IMG/VR virus record: IMGVR_UViG_3300030503_000315
Coordinates: 151,316-215,315 of that record
Length of the DNA stretch: 64,000 nucleotides
Direction: 5' to 3' (one strand)
Positions 46,421 through 56,165 of the stretch are shown here, in pieces. Position numbers and translations under genes: made by a program. The notes beneath the pieces are model-generated. The model made no database searches, had not been told where the DNA came from, and saw only the letters and a program-made list of their open reading frames with translations. The first letter of the stretch is position 1. Each line of letters opens with the position of its first letter.

Positions 46421-47908
46421 ATGGCAACTAAGAAAGTAGCGGCTAAGAAAACAAGTCGCAAAGCAAGAAATGCAGAAGTTGATAAAGCTATAGATGACGA
46501 AGTTGGAGAATCAAAATCTAGTAAAAGTTTTAATGCTCTATCCTTCTATGCGGAGTCTTTGGATGAAGTAGCTCGTCGTCAAGATTTTGATTCTGATCTT
46601 ATGGAAGATATGCCACCAATGAGTACTGGTATTCTTGCACTAGATCTTTTGATGGGTGGTGGGATACGACCAGCGTGGTTTACCATGTTTGGCCCGGAGC
46701 AGAGCTGTAAGACAACGGGTGCTATCACCATCATGGCGGCTGCACTTAAGAATAAAGTGCCCATAGTGGCTCTTGCCGACTATGAGGGATCAACTCGAAA
46801 TTCTCGCCCTTATGTATCAAGTATTCTTAAACACTCTGGACTCAAGTTGTCCGCGAAAGATATTTTTGGTAAGAAAGATCCTACCACAGGTAAGTGGCAA
46901 ACAGCACCCTTAGTGCGCTACAGAGCAGAAACAATAGGGGAAAAATTCTTTGACTACCTAGCTGATCTGCTACGTACCCTACCAGATAAAAAATTCATAG
47001 CAGGAAAGTGGTGGCTGGTGTTTGATGATACAAAACAGAATAAAGCTAAGATAGGATCACATGCTAATCCATCCATGGCTAAAAAATATGGAAAGGGATT
47101 ATGGGTAGAAGCTGAAGATGGAACTATGCAAGCTTTGGTTTTGGTAGATTCTTATCCAGCAATGAATCCCTCATCTAACGATGAAGACGACGCCAATAAT
47201 TCTTTAGCTTTGCAGGCCAGAATGTTTAGCAAACATTTGCCTAGAGTAAAAGGTAGGATGGCATCAAAGATGGTAGCTGTAGTTGGTATCAATCAACTAC
47301 GGGCAGTACCCATGGCTATGTATGGTCCTAAAGAGGCCGAACCGGGCGGGGTAGCACTCAGATTTAATTCTGATGTACGAATAAAGTGGACTCCTATGAA
47401 GACTGGTGTTCCTTTCAATCCTAAATTTGACACGGAAGATTACCTGGAACAGGAACGTTCAGTTGTTGCTGAGGGTAAGGACAGATATCGTTATATCCGT
47501 ATTGCTGCGATAAAGAATAAACTTTGGAACCCTGGCCGCAAAGCGTGGATACGCTTATGGGTAACAGATGCCACAGGATCCGCAAATGGTTTCGATCCAT
47601 TCTTCGATACCGTGCATTATCTCAAAGAGACTGGGCAGCTAACTAACAAGAATCGCAAAGTCATGCTCCTTAATCTAGATGAGATGGGTAAGGCAAAGAA
47701 AACATGTGATTGGTTGACTCTCAAAACCTGGGTACTTGGTACTACAGAAGAGAAGAAGGCTATCTGCAAGACATTAGGTTTCGAGAAGGCATTTGATCTA
47801 CGCCGATTCTGTTTCTCTCAGATGGCTAAGGGTAGAGGTGAAGATCTCTACAACATGCAGAAGAACAAAGGTAAAGTTTCAGATGATGAATCGGAGAGTA
47901 AAGAATGA
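46421..47908 (+). CDS. recA: RecA/UvsX recombinase
   Basis: STGILALDLLMGGG, GPEQSCKTT, LVDS, LQARM, GINQLR, PGGVALRF. Confidence 0.9.
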   Translation: MATKKVAAKKTSRKARNAEVDKAIDDEVGESKSSKSFNALSFYAESLDEVARRQDFDSDLMEDMPPMSTGILALDLLMGGGIRPAWFTMFGPEQSCKTTGAITIMAAALKNKVPIVALADYEGSTRNSRPYVSSILKHSGLKLSAKDIFGKKDPTTGKWQTAPLVRYRAETIGEKFFDYLADLLRTLPDKKFIAGKWWLVFDDTKQNKAKIGSHANPSMAKKYGKGLWVEAEDGTMQALVLVDSYPAMNPSSNDEDDANNSLALQARMFSKHLPRVKGRMASKMVAVVGINQLRAVPMAMYGPKEAEPGGVALRFNSDVRIKWTPMKTGVPFNPKFDTEDYLEQERSVVAEGKDRYRYIRIAAIKNKLWNPGRKAWIRLWVTDATGSANGFDPFFDTVHYLKETGQLTNKNRKVMLLNLDEMGKAKKTCDWLTLKTWVLGTTEEKKAICKTLGFEKAFDLRRFCFSQMAKGRGEDLYNMQKNKGKVSDDESESKE

Positions 47909-48279
47909 TACCGCTTAACGTTGAGAAGTCGATGCATAATGAACATGTACCCAATACTTTAAGGATAGTAAAAGATGGTCCAACTTTTGCTGCCGGAGTT
48001 CCTTGGGTTTCGGATAATGCCCTATGTTTCTGGAAAGTAATTGAGGAAGATGAACAGATTTTCATCCAAAGAGTTCAGGATTACATAGAAAGTATGGTGG
48101 GTCACGCACAGCAATTCAAGACACACCTACCACTTATCCTCATGGATTTAAAGAATGGGCTATTCAAGTCTGGCGTTGATCTTATCATAGGTACTAGCGC
48201 TGAATTTGTGGAAAAGTGCAAAGCTTTTGTTGAACGCCCTATAGAAACAAAGATCAAAGTGACGAAAGTAATAAGGTGA
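47905..48279 (+). CDS. Hypothetical protein
   Basis: ATGA coupling. Confidence 0.65.
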   Translation: MIPLNVEKSMHNEHVPNTLRIVKDGPTFAAGVPWVSDNALCFWKVIEEDEQIFIQRVQDYIESMVGHAQQFKTHLPLILMDLKNGLFKSGVDLIIGTSAEFVEKCKAFVERPIETKIKVTKVIR

Positions 48280-48283
48280 ACCT

Positions 48284-48964
48284 ATGGCAAGCACCGTTAT
48301 GACGAAGAAGGATGAGGACGCGGCAGACTCTCTGCTCGCTGCCGTGATGACCATAGGTAGACCACTAAAGGAAACTCCAAAGAAGGAAAAGATACTTGTC
48401 CATCAGCAATGGAAAACCCAGACAGGTAGGCAGTCACGCTTCTTCTACAGGCCGACTATCTCTTTGGATTCAGAACTAGAGCACAGGAAAAAGATAGCTG
48501 AGCCTAAAGAGTTGGATCTCGTTGATTCTCAGGTAGCAGAGCGCGCAGAGTCGTATTCTAGGGAATTGCCATCGAAGTTAGATAGAAATATTGATAAGGT
48601 GAGAGAGTTTTGGTTGAAGAATGTTGCTCCACTGACACTAGCCGCTCAGGCAGGTAGCGCTCAAGCTAAAGATGTTGTTCAACGTACCTTGGGTGCTCCT
48701 ATAGATCAGGATCCTTTCCTTAAGTTCCAGAGGATGCTCGAGCAAGGTCTGACAATCAAGATGGCGAACTATCTTGTTACCTATCTGGGTATTCCTAAAA
48801 CCAAGGTATCGGAATTGATCGATGCCATAACACCCAAAAAGGAGGTTATGGTTTTCGGTCCAAATCATGGAGCTCCTCCACCGCAGCAAATGGATAACAG
48901 ACGTTCTCGTCAAGAGAAGCCTGAACCACCCAAGTCGAGGATCGATGATCCCGATCTAGACTAA
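48284..48964 (+). CDS. Hypothetical protein
   Basis: AAGGT upstream. Confidence 0.75.
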   Translation: MASTVMTKKDEDAADSLLAAVMTIGRPLKETPKKEKILVHQQWKTQTGRQSRFFYRPTISLDSELEHRKKIAEPKELDLVDSQVAERAESYSRELPSKLDRNIDKVREFWLKNVAPLTLAAQAGSAQAKDVVQRTLGAPIDQDPFLKFQRMLEQGLTIKMANYLVTYLGIPKTKVSELIDAITPKKEVMVFGPNHGAPPPQQMDNRRSRQEKPEPPKSRIDDPDLD

Positions 48965-48966
48965 AC

Positions 48967-48994
48967 AAAGCCACCTGCAGTTTGGGTGGCTTTT
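48967..48994 (+). terminator. Intrinsic terminator
   Basis: aaagccacc/ggtggcttt followed by t. Confidence 0.75.
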
Positions 48995-49070
48995 CCATCT
49001 TTTGATCTCCAATTTCACCCTGCAGTAACGGAAGGTTGTATAACACCGATGAACTCTGCATGGTGATAAC

Positions 49071-51290
49071 ATGGAAGATATAGATAAACTACTGAAATTC
49101 AACGCCGACTCTCTCTTTCCTTCGCTCTTAACAGACGACCAGAAAGAACTGATCCACCGTGCCCGTAAAAAGAAAGCAGAAATTAAAAAGAAAAAGACGG
49201 GCATAAAGGTTAGATCCTACGAGTTGGACGTCAAGTCTGATGAATATGTATTGAAGGGTTGTGGATTAGATGACTTCGGTCAAGTAATCGACGACTTCAA
49301 TATTGAAAAATACATGGCGGACATGGAAGACCCTGAAACGGGAACTCTCCATGATCTTAAGATCGATACTCGCGATCTTCCTCTAGCCAAAAACTTCTAC
49401 GACTATTGCTTTAACCTGACAGGACGGAAGGTACACAAACCTTGGTCTCGCCAGTTATGGATCGGTGCCATGCTTCATGGCGAGATCTGCCCCTGCTGCT
49501 CCAAGAAAGAGTGGCTGGATATCAGCAACGTCCCCAAAGATTTTCCCAGCAAAGATCTGCCACAGTACCTTCAGTTCCTAGAGAATGGAAAATGTCCCAA
49601 ATGTAAGAGGACAAAGTGGGAACTGATTAAGGATCACGGTCTCCGCGACTACATCCAACTCGTATCAGTGTTGGGTCAGCGTTCGGGTAAGTCAAGTTCC
49701 GCTGCAATGTATGCGTCCTATCACTTACACCGGATGCTAAAGTTCCCCACCTATGCAACTCTAACGAACTCGATGCAGAGCTCAACGGAGTTGACAGGCA
49801 CCATGGTTAGCCTTTCTTTCGCCAAGGCAATCGGTGTTATGTGGACTCCGTTTCGTAAGTTGGTGACTGAAGAATCCGAATGGTACTCTGAGTACTTCCG
49901 GATGATGGATCACTATAAGAGCATGTACGGTAAAGAGCTGTATAGAACGTCTACCATGTACATGAACTTCGGCCTGAAGAACATCAAGATGTATCCTTCA
50001 GGTCCAAAGAGTTCAACGCTTCGTGGTGATACGCGCTTCCTGGCAATGCTGGACGAGTTGGGGTTGTTCAAACTTCCTTCGGGCAATGAAGAGGAGGATG
50101 AAAACTCCGAAATTGCAAACGCGGACGAGGCACATAAGTCGCTCTACAACAGCTTGACTACGGTCAACATGGCCTATAACGAGTTGCTGATGAAGGGGTA
50201 CAACACAGCACCACCGGCAATCCTCATGTCAGTGTCATCCCCGATGTCGATCCGTGACAAGGTGATGCGTCTCTATCGTGAGTCAAAGACGGAAGAAGGA
50301 TCCAAGTATATCCTAGGAGTGAATCTTCCTACGTGGGAAGTCAACCCACATATGACGCGCAACTCTCCTGTTATTGCAGCAGCGTACGCGTCCAATCCTG
50401 AAAAGGCAGAACGTGACTTTGGTGCTAACCCGCCTATTGTTCACTCACGTTTTCTCTCAGCGCAGTCCGTTAATGAAACGGTGTTCTCAGGTCAAGCAAA
50501 TAGCCATAGCCTGATCTATCAATTCGATCAACCTGAGATGATATACGGTAAGCTGGACAAGTCACGTCCTCTTCCGTATATGCCTTCGGTTGTCGCTCTT
50601 GATGCTGGGTCTACTAACAACTCGTTCTCAATCGCTGCAGGCTATTACGACTTCGACTCGGGTAAGACGATAGTCACAACATTACTTGAGTGTATGCCTC
50701 AACAGGGACGAAGGATCGACTTCAACTCACTGTACACCCACGTCATTCTTCCGCTTGTCAAGGCAACCAACGCGGTATGGATTGCTGCCGACCAATGGCA
50801 GTCGATTGATTTGTTGCATCGTACTAAAGCTGACATGGGAAATAATCCTCTGCAGAAGCCTCGCACCATGGCAACACAGTACTCACCGAAGCGCAAAGAC
50901 TTTGAGTCGTTTCGAGGTATGTTGGAATCCGGTAACATCATACTTCCACGTGCCAATGAAAAAGATGCACAGCGCGTCATGAACGGGGATATCGCCAACT
51001 ATAGAACAGAGATGATCGGCAAACCTGTAGAGCATTTGATGCTGCAGATGTTGACGGTGAAGGATGTAGGGGCTGCACGCTGCCCGGAGAAAGGTGAAGG
51101 CTATACCGATGACCTGTTCCGTGCGACTGTCCTCCTGGTCAATGCTATCCACAAACCAAAGTGTATGGAACGTCTTGTCGAAGCTCGAAATTTCAACTAT
51201 TCTGGTGAGCGGTCACGTATGCCTGATCCGATTTTTGTGTCCAGAGGATCACCAGTTAACATGGCTTTAGCCCGCGTGCTGCATCGTTAA
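49071..51290 (+). CDS. Terminase large subunit
   Basis: Walker A GQRSGKS, LRG..., Walker B MLDE, coupling motif VSSP, nuclease ALDAG...DD. Confidence 0.88.
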   Translation: MEDIDKLLKFNADSLFPSLLTDDQKELIHRARKKKAEIKKKKTGIKVRSYELDVKSDEYVLKGCGLDDFGQVIDDFNIEKYMADMEDPETGTLHDLKIDTRDLPLAKNFYDYCFNLTGRKVHKPWSRQLWIGAMLHGEICPCCSKKEWLDISNVPKDFPSKDLPQYLQFLENGKCPKCKRTKWELIKDHGLRDYIQLVSVLGQRSGKSSSAAMYASYHLHRMLKFPTYATLTNSMQSSTELTGTMVSLSFAKAIGVMWTPFRKLVTEESEWYSEYFRMMDHYKSMYGKELYRTSTMYMNFGLKNIKMYPSGPKSSTLRGDTRFLAMLDELGLFKLPSGNEEEDENSEIANADEAHKSLYNSLTTVNMAYNELLMKGYNTAPPAILMSVSSPMSIRDKVMRLYRESKTEEGSKYILGVNLPTWEVNPHMTRNSPVIAAAYASNPEKAERDFGANPPIVHSRFLSAQSVNETVFSGQANSHSLIYQFDQPEMIYGKLDKSRPLPYMPSVVALDAGSTNNSFSIAAGYYDFDSGKTIVTTLLECMPQQGRRIDFNSLYTHVILPLVKATNAVWIAADQWQSIDLLHRTKADMGNNPLQKPRTMATQYSPKRKDFESFRGMLESGNIILPRANEKDAQRVMNGDIANYRTEMIGKPVEHLMLQMLTVKDVGAARCPEKGEGYTDDLFRATVLLVNAIHKPKCMERLVEARNFNYSGERSRMPDPIFVSRGSPVNMALARVLHR

Positions 51291-51312
51291 ACAGAAAATT
51301 TCATCGTATTAA

Positions 51313-52692
51313 GTGAATGAGAACAGCATGAAACGACCTAATGCTAGTGGTTCCAATAATCATCGCTTTGTAACACAAGGAACCTTTGAATCACAACTGT
51401 CCAAGAAGTTTGGTAACCACCGTTTAGAAATTCTTGAGTACAACGGTTCTCAATCTCTGCTTCGCTATAGATGCAAAAGCTGCAAGAAGATTTCTACACT
51501 AAGGATAGCCGCGGATCTTTTGAAAAGGAAATTCCCATGCTTCTGTGCTATGAGGCGCGAGAATGATCCCATCACCTGTTGGGAAGAAGAGATAATCGAA
51601 TATCTTCATGTGGATTTGAACTTTACTACCGCACAGATAGCTCAGCTGATTGGAATAGATCAGAATAGGATAGTCAAATATCTTCGTCGCGTCGAACTCG
51701 TTCAAGACGGCGACGAGCTGAACTCTAAGCGTACTGCACTGGAATATAAGAAAAATCAACCTAGTGTATCCCGCCAAGAATATGGATCATCCGCACATCT
51801 AGTGACTAGCAAGATCTACAATAGATACAGGCATATTGTAGATCCAAAAGGAAAGAGAGGTACTCGTTACCACCTAGATCATATTCTATCCATCTCAGAC
51901 GGTTACTCGAAGTTCGATGCGCCGCTCTCTCTCAGAGAACTTTGCCATCCTGCTAATCTCGCAATTATAACGGCGACTAAAAATTGTAGTAAAAGTAAGA
52001 AGAGTGGTCATACCATACTACAACTTCGAAGAAAAATTCAGCAGTTTGAGAAGTGCTATGGAATTGTAGAATTTCCCGAGTACTGGTCTTTGGATTTTTC
52101 GAATCTTAAAAGTAATAAGGTTAGTGATGGCATAAATATTCTGAGTATGGATCCTGGGACGTCAAACTTCGGAGTGTTTGGTGGCGTACTGTATGGGGCT
52201 AAAAGTTTGCACAGGGTCAAAGCAAGCGTCAGCACTATGCTAAGGAACCCCATCAAGGATCTTCGAGATAGTGAAGTTGCTCAGGAAAAATTCAGAAAGG
52301 AAATCAAAGACCTATGCCTTATGACAAGTCCTGATTTTATAGTCATGGAACGTTTTCAAGCGCGTGGTCTTAGAGGCACAACCGGTGAGCTTGTGTCATT
52401 TATGATAGGTCTCATAGCTGGTATGTTACCAAGTTTGCGTGAGTTACTTGGCAAACATATTACTCTAGTGACTCCTATAGCCAGTCAATGGAAGAATGCG
52501 GTGAACCGTGTCATAACACTGGACGACCTGTATTCACAGCTGAAACCAAAGCAGTACCATAGGTTGGATGCAGCATTACTTGGTATGAGTATTTTTCCGG
52601 TCAAGAATCCTTATGAAGGATTTTCAAAACAAAGGCAGCAGAAGTTGGTGAATTTGATCCAACGAGGGGACTTGTTCCCGGAAGGATGGTGA
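51313..52692 (+). CDS. HNH-endonuclease / RuvC-like resolvase fusion
   Basis: Zinc ribbon CKSC...C, HTH, YHLDHILS...ANL...NCSK, then ILSMDPGTSN, VMERF, HRLDA. Confidence 0.75.
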   Translation: MNENSMKRPNASGSNNHRFVTQGTFESQLSKKFGNHRLEILEYNGSQSLLRYRCKSCKKISTLRIAADLLKRKFPCFCAMRRENDPITCWEEEIIEYLHVDLNFTTAQIAQLIGIDQNRIVKYLRRVELVQDGDELNSKRTALEYKKNQPSVSRQEYGSSAHLVTSKIYNRYRHIVDPKGKRGTRYHLDHILSISDGYSKFDAPLSLRELCHPANLAIITATKNCSKSKKSGHTILQLRRKIQQFEKCYGIVEFPEYWSLDFSNLKSNKVSDGINILSMDPGTSNFGVFGGVLYGAKSLHRVKASVSTMLRNPIKDLRDSEVAQEKFRKEIKDLCLMTSPDFIVMERFQARGLRGTTGELVSFMIGLIAGMLPSLRELLGKHITLVTPIASQWKNAVNRVITLDDLYSQLKPKQYHRLDAALLGMSIFPVKNPYEGFSKQRQQKLVNLIQRGDLFPEGW

Positions 52693-52697
52693 GAGTC

Positions 52698-53081
52698 ATG
52701 AGACCGAAAGTAAAGATCACGGGGTTTGTTAAGCAGGAGACGTACGTCGACCTGCTCTTGTACCAGGTACCTTCCGCGTTGGGATATCACATCAAATATC
52801 TCAAGTTGGGAGATGGTCCGGCTAAGTGGGATGCAGGAGGTGGACGAAGTTTTACTCCGCCAGAGATTCCAGTCACCTACGAGATGAGCTATCCTTTCGA
52901 TCTTGAACAGAACGCGCAAGAGATTGCTGATTGGGTGAGGAACACCCTCTCTGCCTTGAACTCATCCATTCGAATGATTATCTCAAATGGTGATTCGCAT
53001 GTAACGTTTCGTCCGGTGCATATTCAGTACGATCAGCACAAGGTGAAGTTATCGACACGCGTAAGTGTATGTGTTTTCTGA
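52698..53081 (+). CDS. Hypothetical protein with MRPKVKI N-terminal motif
   Basis: ORF track 52686..53081. Confidence 0.6.
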   Translation: MRPKVKITGFVKQETYVDLLLYQVPSALGYHIKYLKLGDGPAKWDAGGGRSFTPPEIPVTYEMSYPFDLEQNAQEIADWVRNTLSALNSSIRMIISNGDSHVTFRPVHIQYDQHKVKLSTRVSVCVF

Positions 53082-53091
53082 GAGGTCGGAT

Positions 53092-53376
53092 ATGAAGTTG
53101 AAACTACCACAGGCATTTTTGGAAGCTTCTGCAACAGTTAGTGAAGTGCAGGCCAAGGTCCAACCAGCGGCACCAAAAGAAGAAGTTAAGGTGCACGCTC
53201 GAATTGATATGAGTGCAGAAGTTGCAGGAGCTGGACTATGTCCCGAATGCCGTCAACCTATGCAGCAATCGATCGCCAATGGCATTCCTGTTTTGATTTG
53301 TCTCGAACACCGTATAGCCATTCCTACCCCAGACGCACCGGAGGTTACAAATGTTGAAGAAGAAAGTAAGAAGTGA
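53092..53376 (+). CDS. Small zinc-ribbon protein
   Basis: CPEC...CLEH; GAGG upstream. Confidence 0.65.
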   Translation: MKLKLPQAFLEASATVSEVQAKVQPAAPKEEVKVHARIDMSAEVAGAGLCPECRQPMQQSIANGIPVLICLEHRIAIPTPDAPEVTNVEEESKK

Positions 53377-53377
53377 G

Positions 53378-54157
53378 ATGTCTTTCACTATCGACCCTGT
53401 AGATCATCCTGTCAGAGTCAAGAAGAAAAAAGTTAGAGAGTCCTTGAGTTCACCTCAGCGTGAAGATCAGGAATCGGTTGACGCTGCAAAGAAGTTGATG
53501 CGCAAGAAGCAGTTCAAGAACAAAAAGGCGCCTAGAGCTCCTTCCTCTGTAGAAGAAGCAGAGATTGTAGAAGCGGTTGTGAAGAAGAAAAAGAAGTCGA
53601 CCTCGTTGGTTCCCCACCAACATCCTCCGACTGATCTTGTAGTGATGGGCAGGAAGCGCATTTCGAAGCTAGTTAAGAAGGACATGAACTCCATTATCGG
53701 TGACGATGCGGAGGAAATGCAAAATCTGTTCGAAGATGGCTCGACAGACCAGGCGACGCAGATGTTGAACCGTCGTCTTATCCAAATGTGTATCGACATC
53801 ATACCTTCATTAGAGACCGGAGTACGGAACTCTAATGGGCGTTACTCTGTGCATGCATTGAACAACACGATCCAGACCATACGGGAGTTAATGATCGATC
53901 TACAATCTGCACAGGATAGAGGTGCGATAGGCATGTCGATTGTAGATCAGATTATTCGTCCCACCGTTCTCGACATTGCAACGAAGATAGTTGAAGAGCA
54001 GGCGACGGTGTTGTCTGAGGTGAAAGATTTGATACCTACGGAAGTCTATACAAGATTCCGTCAAGCACAGATCGATAGCCGTAACCGGTTGGGTTCCATG
54101 ATGAATCAAAAGTTCGAAGCGATTAAGGAACAGACGGTAAATTTCCTCCAAAGATGA
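53378..54157 (+). CDS. Helical hypothetical protein (possible terminase small subunit)
   Basis: Basic N-terminus and helical C-terminus; located between terminase and portal. Confidence 0.5.
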   Translation: MSFTIDPVDHPVRVKKKKVRESLSSPQREDQESVDAAKKLMRKKQFKNKKAPRAPSSVEEAEIVEAVVKKKKKSTSLVPHQHPPTDLVVMGRKRISKLVKKDMNSIIGDDAEEMQNLFEDGSTDQATQMLNRRLIQMCIDIIPSLETGVRNSNGRYSVHALNNTIQTIRELMIDLQSAQDRGAIGMSIVDQIIRPTVLDIATKIVEEQATVLSEVKDLIPTEVYTRFRQAQIDSRNRLGSMMNQKFEAIKEQTVNFLQR

Positions 54158-55080
54158 CGATGACGAAGATTTCTATTTGGTCGCCATGTAAAAATGAAGA
54201 TGAGTACGAACAAATAGTTCAGGATCTATTCTTCTTAAAACTAGCGCCTACACTTCTCAAATCTAAAAACTCTAGATTTGAGAGTACTGTATTGCAGAGA
54301 GCTTGGAACCTTCAGGTAGAGAGTCAGGAAAGAGCTAGGAATATTAGAAGACGAAAGCCCTATTCATTAGAGGAGATATTTTATGTTTACGTACTGATGG
54401 ATCCTCGCAAGCCCGGCCTATATGAATACCGATTCAAAGATAAATTACTCGTGCTACCATTTGAACCTTTCTACGTGGGCAAGGGGAAAAATGACAGAAT
54501 ATATGTTCATAATCTTGAGGTTCAGAAAGATCATGCCCATAGATTTCAAAGGCATAAACATAATCTCATCCGCAAGTTACATAGTCTTGGACTAAATCCA
54601 GTGGAGAAGAAATTATCTAAGTTGGAAATAGAAAGCATCGCCTATGCGAAAGAAATTTGGTTGATAAAAGTCATAGGAAGATCTAATCTATCCAGAGGTC
54701 CATTGACTAATGAGACTGATGGTAAAGAAGGTAGTACTGGACTCATCCAAAGTAGCCTTACCATAGCAAAAAGAGTCGAAAAGCTTATTGGTCAGAAAAG
54801 AACAGAAGAAACAAAAGCTAAGATGGCTATGGCGGCTCGCGGTAGGACTCATGTGACTTCGGAAGAAACCAAAGCAAAGATTAGGGCTTCAGTCACAGGA
54901 TTTAAACATACGGAAGAAGCTAAAGCTAGAATAGCTAAGGCCGCAGGAAATAGACCCCATAGACCAATGTCAGAAGAAACAAAAGCTAAATTGAGGGCGG
55001 CGTTCTTGGGGAAGAAGAAGTCAGCAGAACATATTGAGAATATGCGCAAGGCATGGCAAGTTCGAAAGGTAGTAGGATAG
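54154..55080 (+). CDS. GIY-YIG homing endonuclease with NUMOD3 repeats
   Basis: FYVYVLMDPRK...FYVGKG..R; repeated HTEETKAK-like motifs. Confidence 0.88.
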   Translation: MTMTKISIWSPCKNEDEYEQIVQDLFFLKLAPTLLKSKNSRFESTVLQRAWNLQVESQERARNIRRRKPYSLEEIFYVYVLMDPRKPGLYEYRFKDKLLVLPFEPFYVGKGKNDRIYVHNLEVQKDHAHRFQRHKHNLIRKLHSLGLNPVEKKLSKLEIESIAYAKEIWLIKVIGRSNLSRGPLTNETDGKEGSTGLIQSSLTIAKRVEKLIGQKRTEETKAKMAMAARGRTHVTSEETKAKIRASVTGFKHTEEAKARIAKAAGNRPHRPMSEETKAKLRAAFLGKKKSAEHIENMRKAWQVRKVVG

Positions 55081-55106
55081 GTAGTAGCTAATAAGGGGAA
55101 TTAGCA

Positions 55107-55535
55107 ATGGACGACGAAGAACATGGGAAAGTACAGTGGTTGAAAACTCCTGAGATGCTTGGATTTTTGAAGGCATACTTCATGGATACACGACCCGAAG
55201 TCCACGTAGAGTTAGTTGAAGCCAAAAGAGAAGTTACGTGGATGGCAATACCCAAGGAAGTAGACAAAAGACCAAAGATTATTGATACCCCGTTTGAGTT
55301 CTTTCTCAACGCTCAAATACACGCCTCACAAGATCCAGAAATATTGGTTGAAGACATCTGTGTCACTCTATCCGATATGTGCAGATCGTGGAAACTTGTG
55401 GACGATCCAAGGCATTACATAACGCTAAGGATTCCTCAGACAGTTATCCTCACTCCCTCGGGTTCAATTCAGTTAACCATAGTTGCTTCTATGTTCACTG
55501 AAACTCTAGGCCGTGATTTATTCCTCCGAGCCTGA
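55107..55535 (+). CDS. Hypothetical protein
   Basis: ORF track. Confidence 0.7.
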   Translation: MDDEEHGKVQWLKTPEMLGFLKAYFMDTRPEVHVELVEAKREVTWMAIPKEVDKRPKIIDTPFEFFLNAQIHASQDPEILVEDICVTLSDMCRSWKLVDDPRHYITLRIPQTVILTPSGSIQLTIVASMFTETLGRDLFLRA

Positions 55536-55688
55536 CATGGAAATGCAACCTTGTTTATTCTGTATAGCAAAGTTTGGATTTGTCCTGATTATGTTTTCCT
55601 ACCTGGCAATGGAGCTCATAGAGATCTGTGCCCCAGGTGAGACGTGGTACGATCTACTGGCGAACCATAGAAAACGCCGAGGCTACGA

Positions 55689-56165
55689 ATGATCCTGGAT
55701 GCACAAGAGATCAAGCTAGCGGTAGCACAGTATCTGACGAGAAAGAGACGTATGGCAGTCACTTTCGAAGTAGGTGTAGTCAAAGGTGGCAGTCTTAGGG
55801 CGGACGTCTTTGGAGTCAACCTTCGTCGTAATGTCGTTATCGCAGAAGTGAAAAGTAGTATGGCAGATTTTCGTTCGGACAAGAAGTGGCGAAAGTACAT
55901 TCCATTCTGTTCGCAGTTCTACTTCGCTTTCGAAGAGTCAGTATACCAAAAGCTTAAGAAGGAATTGCCAAAAGACGTGGGCATCATAGTTGTCCGTCCC
56001 AAACCTGAAGGCAAAAGGTTATACCCAATCAGAGTTGTTCGTCGAGCTAAATCTCAAGAGATAGATCCCGAAGTACTACTTGACCTAGCACTTCGTATGG
56101 TGTATCGAACATCTGATTTCAATGGGTATAGGAAGATAGTAAACGGTAAGGTTTATAAGCCATGA
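55689..56165 (+). CDS. MmcB-like PD-(D/E)XK nuclease
   Basis: RADVFG...IAEVKSSMADFRSDKKWRKYIPFCSQFYFA. Confidence 0.85.
   Translation: MILDAQEIKLAVAQYLTRKRRMAVTFEVGVVKGGSLRADVFGVNLRRNVVIAEVKSSMADFRSDKKWRKYIPFCSQFYFAFEESVYQKLKKELPKDVGIIVVRPKPEGKRLYPIRVVRRAKSQEIDPEVLLDLALRMVYRTSDFNGYRKIVNGKVYKP

Noticed and set aside
51313-52692. Cas9/IscB-like RNA-guided nuclease
   Set aside because: The HNH precedes an uninterrupted RuvC-like domain instead of being inserted in it; no bridge helix, array or adjacent ncRNA gap.
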